NCBI GenBank assembly: GCA_009103225.1
Contig: RHPI01001715.1
Location: 896,011 to 960,010 of the forward strand
Origin: Chlorokybus atmophyticus
Lineage: Eukaryota > Plantae > Mesostigma and Chlorokybus algae
Length of the DNA: 64,000 nucleotides
Direction of reading: 5' to 3'
Below the pieces are notes generated by a model. It was not told where the DNA came from. It did no database searches and saw nothing but the letters and a program-made list of their open reading frames with translations. Below, one piece after another: positions 29,065 through 40,199 of the stretch (positions are counted from its first letter, which is position 1; every line of letters begins with the position of its first letter). The position numbers were made by a program, and so were the translations under genes.

Positions 29065-30604
29065 TTGCAACATTGCCAGCCATTTTATCCTGGGTCCTAT
29101 ATACAGCCCTCCTTACTGCATGCACAAGTGGTCTCACCTGCCGCACCTGCTCCACTTGCAGCCAGAGCGCATCCAACTTTCGCGGCACCAGTCCTTCATG
29201 CACTACCGTCTCCTCCACGAGCAGCACTAATAATTGCGGGGCAACAATCCTTCTTGACGCAACGGCGAGACCACAGCACAATGCAACAACCAATGTGGCT
29301 TTTGCACCTACCTTACCCCACCCGCTGCAAGTTGAAGCCGGCAGTCTGCCCCAAGCTCAGGTACTTTATCAGTTATTGTGACTCTTGCCGTCGACAATTG
29401 GACACACCATTTGAGTGCTGTATGCGCATGCAGCAGGGGTCATCACCGGCCATCGAGTCATTAGAGGAGCTGGCCGCAACCCGCATATGGCCATTAGTCA
29501 TGCTAGGCGGCCAGCTCGCCTCATATGACCACTTCAATGCGCCAACGAATGGTAAATGCTTCTACCATTGTGTGTTTCGCGCCAAGCTATCCGTAGCGCA
29601 AAGTGTCCTGGATGATCACAAGTGCCCCAACTCGAGCAGATTTTGGGCCATGCTGAACACGCTAAACGACGACGGCAGGGGGGACACTCTCCGCAAAATC
29701 ACCGCTAAGGCTGTCGATGCAGGCGTGGCGAGCGGAATCTTAAACTTCTGCAGAGCCATTGATATCATCGATGCCGCGGGAGATGGCGTAGTATTACGAC
29801 AAACAGCCTGCGACCATGTTGCCTGATGTCAATTGCAACATTGAAATAGCCATGGCCAAGGTGCGACAGATCGTGCGGAGAAAAGATGTGTATGTGGAGC
29901 ACCTGCAAATGACCATGTTTGCCAACAAGCTGAGCTTGTTGTTTGGCTACGTGACCGTTCAGCGCGAGCATAGGGAGTGGGTGCCACGGCCCGGCAGCGC
30001 AGTTTGGGTTGGGAATAAAGAAGCTCCCAACTCACTTCTGGTGGTGGGCAACACTGCTCCTGATGAGCCAGAAGCACACTTTTCGCTCCTCAAGCTTGCA
30101 AGCACTGAACAATGGTATTGACCTATTCATGAAGTGCCACCGGAGGTAACAAACCTGATCGGAGAGTGGTGGAATGGCGTTGCCAATCCCCCGCTACCAC
30201 CGGCTGCAACATAGGGTGCTGCACCAACGCCTCAGGCCTCACCTTTGTGTGCTAGGCAAGAAGTAGCCGACTGTTCTGCACATCCTGCCTCCCCTCAACC
30301 ACGGCCACAGGCTCGCAACAACTCAGCACCCTCCCTTCCTGCTTTGAAGACTTACTCGCCACCGTACTTCGACCATCCGGAGGCATCTCCATTAAGAAGC
30401 AGCGGTAGCTCGCCCTCTCCCTTTAAGCTTGCCACATTAATCCCAGCCTGTTTTGTTGGTAAAGGGATTGATCGAGGTGTCCTGAAAGCTGCGCTGAAAG
30501 ACAAAGGCCACATGCTCGACCTCATAAAGCAACATGAGGTCGTGGAGGAACGGGAGGCAACAAGCGCAAGGCTGTGGAGCAAAAAGATAACGCCTTACCT
30601 TTGA
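29065..30604 (+). pseudogene. OTU-like cysteine protease (deubiquitinase) cargo gene, copy 1
   Basis: Cys box APTNGKCFYHCV, VYVEHLQMTMFANKLSLLFGYV and His box VVGNTAPDEPEAHF. A frameshift near 29820 and stops are present. It aligns with copy 2 at 58216-59127. Confidence 0.72.
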
Positions 30605-30960
30605 GTGACAGTGCCACGGAGAGCGCTTGCCATGATGTGCAAGTTGACAAAAAAGAAAAAGGTTGTTGAAACAAGGGACGCTGACATGACGAAAAAAATC
30701 AAAGGTGAGGCTTCATTACAATGTAGTTAGAAGAAGCACAGCGCCTTAAAGCCTCATAGGGGTTCACTGTGTGTCCTGAGTAGGAACAGGCGGGTTTACA
30801 GCGTCATGTGGCTGCTCAGCATCGTCCGAAAAAATAGCCGGTGCGGCGGCACGAGCTGCCTAAGCTTAAAGCAGCGACGCGCAGACGCTTTGAGGGGCTG
30901 ACTCGTAGTGCAAATGATTTGATCGCCCTACAATACGCTTAAGACGCGCTGCATCACCGC

Positions 30961-31561
30961 ATGCGGCATGCCTCGAGGTGGGTGACGAAAGAATGCAATA
31001 AGTGGGAGCAAACGCGGAGAGTGCGGTCTAAACAGACCTCTGGGGATTGGCTGTGGTTGGAACCCGAACACAACATGGCCATCCGTAGTACATTGTTGCC
31101 CCTCCCCGTCCTCGATATGATGGTGTTGTTGCTGCCGCAACCCAGCAATGTGCAAGAGCTATCCGCGGAGCAGAACTTCGACCTGCAGCAACATATGTAC
31201 CTGTTGATGTCGACTGATGCGGGTCGAGATGTGTGCCACTACCTGAGCAAACATACTGGGCGGCAAGTAAAACCATTGGAGCTGTACTTGGCATGCTTTG
31301 GCTGCCAATGGCTGTATGTCACATGGCACATCGAGCGAGCTGATTCTGTGGAAGTTCGACGAAGATGGCGATGCGGGCGATCATACGAGTTACGATAGCC
31401 ATGTCGAGGGCCTGGATGAACGCATGCTGGACGAGACCACCAAGACCACCAAGTGGTGTATGGCGGCAAATAGGCGTCAGGTGATTGAGAAGGCAGTGGA
31501 GCGTCATGCTGCGCCATTTAGATGGGAGTCGCGGCGCCTGCAACGCGATAACAGAGTTTGA
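30961..31561 (+). pseudogene. Cargo gene C, unknown, frameshifted
   Basis: Overlapping ORFs 30961-31398 and 31298-31561 read as one protein-like sequence (...LELYLACFGCQWLYVTWH / ELILWKFDEDGDAGDHTSYDSHVEG...). Confidence 0.35.
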
Positions 31562-32110
31562 TGGCAGAGGCAGCTTGCACACCCGCGTGCACCATGCGTG
31601 CCACATTGTTGCATTGAAGAGCCCACCCCCCAGCGGATGGGGAGACGCGCTGTTGCAAGCAAGCGATGTGCCATGTCTGCATTATATACCAGCAGAAGCA
31701 CGTGGCAAATAAATCAAAGGAGCTACAAGCGTGTCCCATGTGCAAGCAACCTCACCCGTTTTGGTCGCCACGCCTGCTGCAAGACGCCAATGTGTCGGCG
31801 GTGATTTGGCCCCCGCCTTGATGACAATTGTGCATGTATTGTAGTTTTGTGTTGAACACCTGTGAACCGTGTAGGTACAAGTATACTTGCAGCATGGTGC
31901 ATGGTGCACCCGAAATCTGCTGTTGTCATAAGCATTGGCTGTACATATGTATGATGATTGCCCCACGCATGAGTTGGTGCATGGCTTGCATACCTTGATG
32001 TTCAGAGCGTGGTTGACAGCAACAAATACAGGCAGCGCTCTGGGTTCCATGGGATAACAGCGCAGCATTACTCTACGATCGTGGTAGTAAGCGAGTATCC
32101 TTATACTGAA

Positions 32111-32184
32111 GTACCATCAATGGATGGAGTACCATTCATGTTAGTGTGGTACCATGCATGGTACTGTAATACCGTCCATGGTAC
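32111..32184. promoter_or_regulatory. Cluster of GTACCAT/ATGGTAC sites upstream of the methyltransferase gene
   Basis: Sites at 32111, 32129, 32149, 32158 and 32178. Confidence 0.5.
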
Positions 32185-32310
32185 AGTCGTGCTTCTTGAA
32201 GTGTGACTCATTTAGGGTTCGTAAGCTAGCAACCCTGAATTGATGCCCATACCCTAAAGTGTCGCTCAGTTTGTGGGCAACCGTGCTGATTCATATTTTG
32301 CATAATGTAG

Positions 32311-34018
32311 GCGGCAGCAGTTGAATGCCCCTCACTTAAGAGACCATGCTTGGTGTGCCCACAATGCAATGCTTACGTATGTGCCAATGGCCGTAGGCAG
32401 CAGATGCGAGCACACTTGACCGAATGCCAGCGAGTGCAGACAGTGTGCCACGGTTTTAGTGCTGCTTGCTGGCACCACACCACACACAATGTCGACGCGT
32501 TTGGCTCCCGCCTCGGCAAAGTGCTGTGCAAGGAACGCGAGTTTTTCCATTGCGTGTGCGAACCGTGCTCGCGCTCATGCTTTGAGTGGCAAGGGGAACC
32601 CATGCGCTTCTTCTTCACATGGACAACACCGGGAGATGTGGTTAGTGGACAGGTGGTAGATGCTGTGGAGGTATACTGGCAGAGTGAACAGCGACGTATC
32701 ACTGCATGTTATGTTGGGCGTATGCTCATTTTATGCATGTTGAAGCTATTGTCGCGATTCAGAGCAGTCTTCCACGGTGTGGGTGTGGGCACTTTTACCC
32801 CTGGCCGCTATAGAGGAGGCAGACCATTGACAGTTGAACAGCGCACGTTAACTTGAGATGCGAGCAGCTGATCGGTGTGAGTGTCATGGTGCATTGGCCG
32901 CTGGATGGGGAATGGTATGCAGGCGTTGTGGAATCATTCAAGCAAGTGTCAATTCAGCATCGCTTCTTGGCATGCGATTGAGGACGCATCATATATGCAT
33001 GGTGCAATGAAAAATGGCTTTGCAGGGCAGCACCGTATAATATTCGATGACGGTGATCGACCACAAACCATCAACGTAAAAGGGCACAATGTATTTGCGT
33101 ACACATTAGTTGACGGGGCACGCCATGTTCTTCACGCCGGAGGGGAGAATGTCAGTCGCAAAGTAAGCCCGGACGGCATCATTGCTAGTCCATGGCCAGC
33201 ACCACGGCTAGCCTTGACCACATACACGCCATTTAACAACAAGCTTGGATGCACACGCAAACCAAGGGCACTCAACCTATTCTGCGGCGGTGGCGGTGCC
33301 AGTGTTGGTCTATATCACGCAGGCTTTGATGTGACCGGGATGGACATAAGTTTCTCCTCCTTTGAGTACCTGCTGCCCTTTATACACCGCGATATATGCA
33401 CTTTGAGTGCAAGAGAGCTGAGCGACTACGAGCTCATATGGGCCAGTCCACTATGCCAGGCTTACTTAGGTGCTATCCCGGCACCTTAACGGGCGGCACA
33501 TGGCACATCCTAGAGACACCAAGCCAGGTCAAGTTTGTGATGAGAATGTGCCAAGAGCAGCTTCCTCATTCAAACCCAATCTGTCCCTTTGAGGCACGAT
33601 GTTTGGGCTATCAACTTTTCGACACCGTCTGTTTGGAACACAGCCAATGGTAGCTACCCCAACAGCACGCTGCTCGCACGCGGGCAAAGCGGTTGGACTG
33701 CTATCGCCGCACCTGTCCGCTAGCGCGAAGAAGACAATTGTGACATCAAACGCGCCACAGCAAATGTACCCGGTCTATGGCCTTCAAAGCACCAGGGGCG
33801 GCATTGCTGCATGGCAAACAGCGATGGGCGTGCCATGGATGACCTTGGCCGTTATCATAGCGAATTTAGTGCCTCCCGCAATGGCGGAGTGCATAGGGCG
33901 TCTCATGCTTGAAACAATGGATATGCGCTGTGACTACCCTCCTGTGTTATGGAGCTATGAGGCTGGAGTGTGGTGCACTGTATTGATGCTTAATGCCACA
34001 CGGCTGACTGATTATTGA
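32311..34018 (+). pseudogene. Cys/His-rich domain + Tudor + phage-type C5 cytosine DNA methyltransferase, copy 1
   Basis: CPQCNAYVC...ACWHH...HCVCEPC; Tudor LIGVSVMVHWPLDGEWYAGVVESF|GQHRIIFDDGD; motif I ALNLFCGGGGAS, motif IV WASPLCQ, motif VI DENVP, motif VIII FRHRLF, motif X NLVPPAMAECIG. Contains stops and frameshifts. Confidence 0.85.
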
Positions 34019-34199
34019 ATGTGGCATTTAACATTCCATTGTGGTGACAGTTGTGCAGTGACAGCTGCCCGGTATTGTACACGTCCACATGCAAAAGTCT
34101 TAGCTTACGATTAGCAATGCCTAACTGGCTGATATGCTCCAAACTCAGAGTAGTGAGACAAGTACATGTGTCACGTGGCAGTGCAGTGAACGTTCACCC

Positions 34200-37100
34200 G
34201 TTACTTGCCCTCATGTACACGGGCGCTGTCCTTGCCAGACATGGGGAGCAGCTGGACAATGCCTTTTACTTGCTCCAGAGTTACGACATCGAGATGTGGA
34301 CGCCCTCGTCGCTTTTCCATTTTAGAGCAATGCACTTTGCGTCGCTCGTCACATTTAGCTTCGTGTATCAGCGGACAAACACTACCTCATTCCACACGCG
34401 CTCGCCGATACCACCCCACACCACCACGCGCAAAAAAAGGAGTGCCTGAGCCCACCACGTCACATTCACACCGTCCTCATCACCTCGCATATATAATTGT
34501 AGGGAACCAAGGCCGCCCATGGAACATCCCAGTTGCGCGCGCCATGCTGACTCCTGATGTCGTGTACACCGCTGCGCCTCCGTTCACCACGCGAACAGCA
34601 CGCCACCCGTTGGCCAACTTCAGTTACTCCCTCCTCAACCAGCTATCCGGTGGCAGGCAGCTTGTCGGCGAACAGAGTCTTCAGGGCGACTTGGCGGCTA
34701 CGAGCAGAACCGCTCCAGTACGAGCCGGTTTTCATCCTTGTCGGCACATCCAACCGAAGCAACTTGTCCGTCTTCTCCGTTACAGGGATCCACGACCATG
34801 CCATCCTCTCTCACATATTCCGCACAGCTCCATGCCTTTGGAATACGCGCCTGGTAGTCCCGGTTGGTGCCACCACGCGCCCACTGTTTGATGTTTTAGG
34901 CATTCGTCTGCTCCATGCGATTGGTGCTGAACCAGCTTGGGTGTCCACCATTGATAATTGCCGGCCCGAAACGAGTGAGCTGATGCATCTTATCGATCTT
35001 CCAACCTGACTTCTGTGCAGAATATGACGACAGTAGCGGATGCAACACTGCAGATTTGAAGGCAGCCAGCACATTGCCGGCTGTGGTCAGGTTTCCTCTT
35101 ATGTGTTCATGCGCCTTCAGCAACTTCTTGTTCCACTAGGTAAGCGATGGAGCAATGGTAAAGAAATTGGTGCCCTCACTGTCGAGCAGCAAACCGTTTG
35201 CAAGGACCGGCAGCAGCTGCAGCACCGCCACTTTCTCCACCACCTGAAAGGAGTGGTCAGACAAGAAGAAATTTATTGTGCTTGTGGGTGCGTTGAAGTG
35301 CGAAACCCGTAAGATCGCCTTGCATGCATTCAGCCTGTGCACATCTGCTTGTGAGCATGTGTTGTTGGCTTTTGTGTTCAACACGAAAGCAACACCAAAG
35401 ACGTGCCTGGCCTGCAGAATCTATCTCGCGGATGAACGCGTGCGTTCATTCGCAGCGTTGTACAAAGCAGCAAGCAGGTGGTCAATGATGCCTCGTAGCA
35501 CGTACATTGCGTCAGGGGCAAGACGAGAGTAGCAATCAGCTCCCAGCACCCGCAACTGTCGTCAACCCCACAGTGCATTTTGTTGCCAAACCACATTGCC
35601 TGGTTACACAAAAAGCCGTTCATCTTCACGAATGCCGGTAATATGACCGTTACCTTCTCGACAGGCATGGAGTGCTGCTATTTGAAAGCCTTGGCTGTTT
35701 GGCGTGCATTCTTAACACCGCTATGCATCCGCCCGCAGCTGATTTATTGCTGGTGTGTAGAAAGCATCGGTTTCCAGTTTTCGGTCCTCATCCATTTTCA
35801 ACAGATATGTTTTGGTGACGAGACAAACATTGCGAGGATGTCGTGTTTAGTTGCCCGACACAGTGCGTGAGTGTGGCAGTCTTCTGCAACACGACAAACT
35901 CAGATGCTACACTGACAACAACCTCCATGCGCTGTCTGCCGGCAGGCTGCATCTGGTTACAACCATGCATGCCCACTACCTGCAAGTCGCTAATGTAGTT
36001 GGCAAGCGCGGGAAACACACGACGCTTGATGCCATTTAGGTCGATGAGCTGCAGACCATCTCAGCTCGCCCGCTTCACATCCCCTAACACTACATCTAAA
36101 GTGTCATAAAATATCTCACGTTTTCGAATTGGGAACGATTTCTTGCCCTGCGCCCAAATGGAATGCCCGGCTACTGCGTGAACCACCGGTAGAAGCGCTA
36201 TCATGACAACCCCAATGTTGCTAGCATACACGTCACAACTGCAATTAACAAGCGATGCCATCAGAGGGTAGCCAGAGCGCTTGCTCACGCTGTTCAGCGC
36301 GGTCTTCTCACTGTACAGAATGGATGGCGCCAAGTAGGACGCTTCCCCCACCTCTCTCCTCAAATCCACCTCCACATCCTTCCACTAATCGCCCGTGGAA
36401 GGATGGCCAAAGCTGTGCTCGTTTCTACTATACTGGATATTGAAGCCATCAGCGGCATGTGAATTGCCATACAATCGCGCGAGCCATACCTGCTCCAACT
36501 AAGAGCATTAACAGGCATCCTGGCCTCAGAATAGATACTGCGTAGATACTTCATTATATACTGCATTTCACAGACCTTGGCCGGCATATATGTAACGCTG
36601 ATGTCCTGATCCTTAGGGTCTTTAAGCTTATGCAGGTCAGCCATCACGTAGTTTTCATACGGCAGCACATTCGCATGTGCATATGTGACATGGCTCTGAT
36701 GGTTGAAGCACATGCACCGCACATCGTGAACACACCTCAGACTGAGAGAAAGCAGTTGTGGTCCGAAGGTAGCTAGCCACATGCACACCGGTCTCCCACT
36801 GGAGTTCTTCCATCAGGAAGTGTGCACTTCGGATGCACTTGATGATCCGCCCCATGCCGGAGGCCGACAGGCCTTGGCCGTTGTTTCACTGCACGAATGC
36901 CACTACAAGAGCATGCTCCGAGCCATACCCGTGCAAAGGGACGCCTCCACTTCCATGTTGGCGTGCCACAGGTTTCTCAAGCACACGCACATGTTGAAAG
37001 CCCTCGTTCATTTCCTCCTCCTCTAGTTGAGCTGTGCGTGTGTCTCCTGGAGGGGTTCTTCGGCATCAAGCATGTGCGCATCCTGGATCGGACTCCCCGG

Positions 37101-37244
37101 TTTAACATAACCCGCATCGTATTGTAATGGACGCTGGCCGACATACAGCTTGATTTGCTTGCACACCCTGCTGCTGACAATGTGCATGTAGACCGAGCTG
37201 CGTGTGGCGAAGCGCATGTGGCAATACGGACAAAGGACTCCCAT
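34200..37244 (-). pseudogene. Plavaka transposase with N-terminal C2H2 finger
   Basis: CPYCHMRFATRSSVYMH; HPSTGD*WK...PSILYSEKT...KRSGYPLMASLVN; REIFYDTLDVVL; GIKRRVFPALANYISD; WKIDKMHQLTRFGPAIINGG..FSTNRME; ATGMFHGRPWF. This is the Plavaka motif series. Confidence 0.85.
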
Positions 37245-37402
37245 AGCTCACTACCGACGTCGACACAGGTGTTACCAATGTAACCTGCATCATCATATTT
37301 AGTAACACGCACAGCCGCCGCCGCCGCCGCCACCGACGCCGCTACCCTTGCATGCCAGAGGCGAGCAACTTGGCCGCCATTTACTGGCGTGATGGCTCTG
37401 TC

Positions 37403-37561
37403 GTACCATTATTATGGTACGATTGAGCCATTGCACGTCCAGGGTGGGGTGAGTCTGCATAAATATCCTGATTGAACCGTTTCAATGGTACGGAGATGCC
37501 TTTGCCAAAAGATACCATTAAAATGGTACCTTTGTACAGTGGCAATGGCAATTCGTACCAT
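37403..37561. promoter_or_regulatory. Cluster of GTACCAT/ATGGTAC sites between the divergent transposase and gene F
   Basis: Sites at 37403, 37414, 37485, 37523 and 37555. Confidence 0.5.
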
Positions 37562-37721
37562 TGACAAGTGCTGGCAATGCCAGTCCCTGCACATAAAAAC
37601 ACCATTGATGGCTTTGCCAAGCTATGCCCTTACAGGGCGGTGATGCCAAGGGTATGTGGCGTTTGGTGGATCGGTGGCGGCGCTGCCAGGGGCGTAGTGG
37701 GCGTTGTGGTCGAGGTCCGGG

Positions 37722-38613
37722 ATGCAGCCCATGGTTGCACAGGGCGGGCAAGGTGCCCGTGGGGCGTCCTTTGTGTCAAACCCCACCATGCCTACCGAGG
37801 GCACAGCCAATGACAACAGTGACTTGGGCAATATCTTACAGGTCTCCCCCTCCGAGGGTAAAGGCACACCACAATACTGACTCCAAGAACATCCGACCCA
37901 CCAGCAGCTGCGACCACGGCGACATGATTGAAGGGACCTAACAAGACTGGCATAACCAAGGTGGGTTACGATGCAATGTCAATGCCACATGCTAGGGTTC
38001 TTTTATCTTGCACATGCACAGCATCAAGTATCTTGCATATGACATACACTGTCAATACCACATGCACATCCTCATGTACAGCCTCCAGTGTCATGCACAT
38101 GAACAGCATGACCAATCTCGCAAATGCACAGCCTAATTCTACTTGCGGGAGCTCACAAGTCGCAAAAGAGAAGCTGCGGAGTACCACGAACGGATAATCC
38201 ATGACCTGATTTTATGTTTCCAGCGGCAATTAAGCAGTATTTTTGTGGATTGCCATGTTGGTCAGAGTGAACCATGAGCAGCGCGGCAGGCTAACTATCT
38301 ACCTAGCGGAGTGCAACGAAGCGGAAGACGAGGTAAGCATGTGTATGCTGATGGGCTAGTCCTCTGGCAGCACGCCACTCTTACAGCATTACCAAATGCA
38401 GGTGGTCACTCTCAAAGCGACCATCAAGCGCATGCGCGTGCACGGCGAGGTGCTAACATTCAAGCTGAAGACGAAGTAGCCGCTGTATTGTCAGCGAGCA
38501 AGGCAGAAGAAGACTCCGATGTTGAAGCAGAAGACTTGTCGGATGAGGAACATGAGGAGGCGGTTGAGGAGGAGTTCTGGGGCAGGCACCACATGTTGAC
38601 AAGCTGCGCATGA
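37722..38613 (+). pseudogene. Cargo gene F, divergent from the transposase; unknown product with an acidic C-terminus
   Basis: MQPMVAQGGQGARG...VSPSEG|GTAAG donor; MLVRVNHEQRGRLTIYLAECNEAEDE|GTAAG; EEDSDVEAEDLSDEEHEEAVEEEFWG. Confidence 0.4.
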
Positions 38614-39111
38614 GTGCGATAGCTAGACTCAATGTTGTAGGTAGTTTCATGCACAAGTCAGCTGCTCAATTGCAAGTGGACATACTCTCACCATTGCCGG
38701 TATGTTGTAGATACTGTGGGCTTGTAGTTGCAAGACCAAATAATCATTCCAAGGTTTGTACAAGCTGCATGGCATGTTAGTGTTGGCTTACGGCAAGAAT
38801 TGCCAACTTTTGTCAAACGGTGAGGGTCACATATTAACATCAGTGTAACGGCAAGGAAACTGCCGGCTATTGCTGTTTGCTGTTTGTGACTACCGGCTAA
38901 CGGCCGTCTGTGCACATCGACAAAAGGGTAACTGGTTGACAACTCTGGGCCGGTTAGTGCCACTGATAACCGCTTTCGGCCCGCGGACGTCTGCGTCAGT
39001 CCACACAAGCCAATGGCAAACTCAACAGTGCAAAAGTAACACTTCAGGCAGCGGCAGGCAGGCTCAGGCACCCGTCAGTCCGTAGTCAGTTATCGTGTAA
39101 ACTTTGCGACG

Positions 39112-40060
39112 TTATTGCAACAGGCCGTCAATGCCTGCAATGGTCTTTGCCATCTTGTCCACAGGCACTGAATATGTTGCATGGTGGGTGTCAATCAACA
39201 GGCCCAACAGCTTAAAGACAAGTTGAGGATGCAACTTGCTTTTTGCCGCACTCACTAAAACTGCTAATGCTTTGAATAGCTTGAGAAGCAGCAATGCTCT
39301 CCACATCAGATGTTGCAGCTTATAACTCAAGTGGAAGTCATGAAAGTAGTGCAAGCACCCAATGCCCGATGTCCTCGTTGGCATGAGAACCACGCCCATT
39401 TTGTGTAAAAACCTAGCATGCCTGACCAAGGCAAAAAGGCATGACATTCCACCTGTAAATGACTCCCTCGTCGTACATAGCTAAGAAAGGCTTGCTGTCG
39501 AGACGCATGGGCACATGATGATAGCCCGATTTTAAGTCCATTGTCACTTGCCATTAGTTGCATTTGATGTAGAACATCGCGTCTATTATGAGAAAGGCAG
39601 ATGGTTTAGCAAGAGGTTATATATATCTTAAATCCAGGATCAGCCTCATCTTGAGCTAAGTGACCACCCCAATGCCTGTAATTACATGCACCTCCGCAGG
39701 CTGAACAATGGCTACCGCACCTGTGCGCTGCAGGTCCGACAATTCTTCTCGGAGGAACTCTTTGTGCAATGTTGCAGACGCTCGGTTGCATAGTCTAACT
39801 GGTGTGGGCTCCTTCCTATTCACAGTCTCTGCTACATAGTGAGGCAATAAGCCTTCTTCTACACGAGAAGCCTTCTCTTCTTCCACCTTAGGTGATTTAG
39901 CCGCAGCAGTGCCACTCCACTTCAGCTTGTACACCTCCTTCATCCATTGCAACACATGCGCATTTCTCTTTTATTTGGTAAGGCAAAGCCATGTCTGCCG
40001 CGCTTCCGCGTGCAATGCAAATGTGCCCGCCACAAAACATTCACTATTCTACATGAACTT
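39112..40060 (-). pseudogene. DIRS reverse transcriptase, degenerate
   Basis: HVLQWMKEVYKL, NRASATLHKEFLREELSDLQRTGAV, KMRLILDLRYI, MDLKSGYHHV, YRWNVMPFCL, CLHYFHDF (YxDD-like) and LGLLIDT. It continues in frame into 25053 across the insertion. Confidence 0.9.
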
Positions 40061-40199
40061 GGCCACCATCTCGCTCCATTCGGAATCAGAGCAGTGTGGT
40101 ATCAGAGGTTGCGATGAAGTGGTTTGCAATTGCCCCTAAATATTTGCCACATATTATTGTTGCATTGCAGTTAACAGCGCAACAAATTTGTTAGTAGCA

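Larger units (their letters stand above)
25056..39111. mobile_element. Large Plavaka-type (CACTA/CMC) DNA transposon with cargo, 14,056 bp
   Basis: TIRs CGTCGCTAAATGTTT (25056) and CGTCGCAAAGTTT (reverse complement from 39111); TT duplication at 25054-25055 and 39112-39113. Removing the insertion restores the DIRS pol frame. It contains a Plavaka transposase. Confidence 0.9.
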
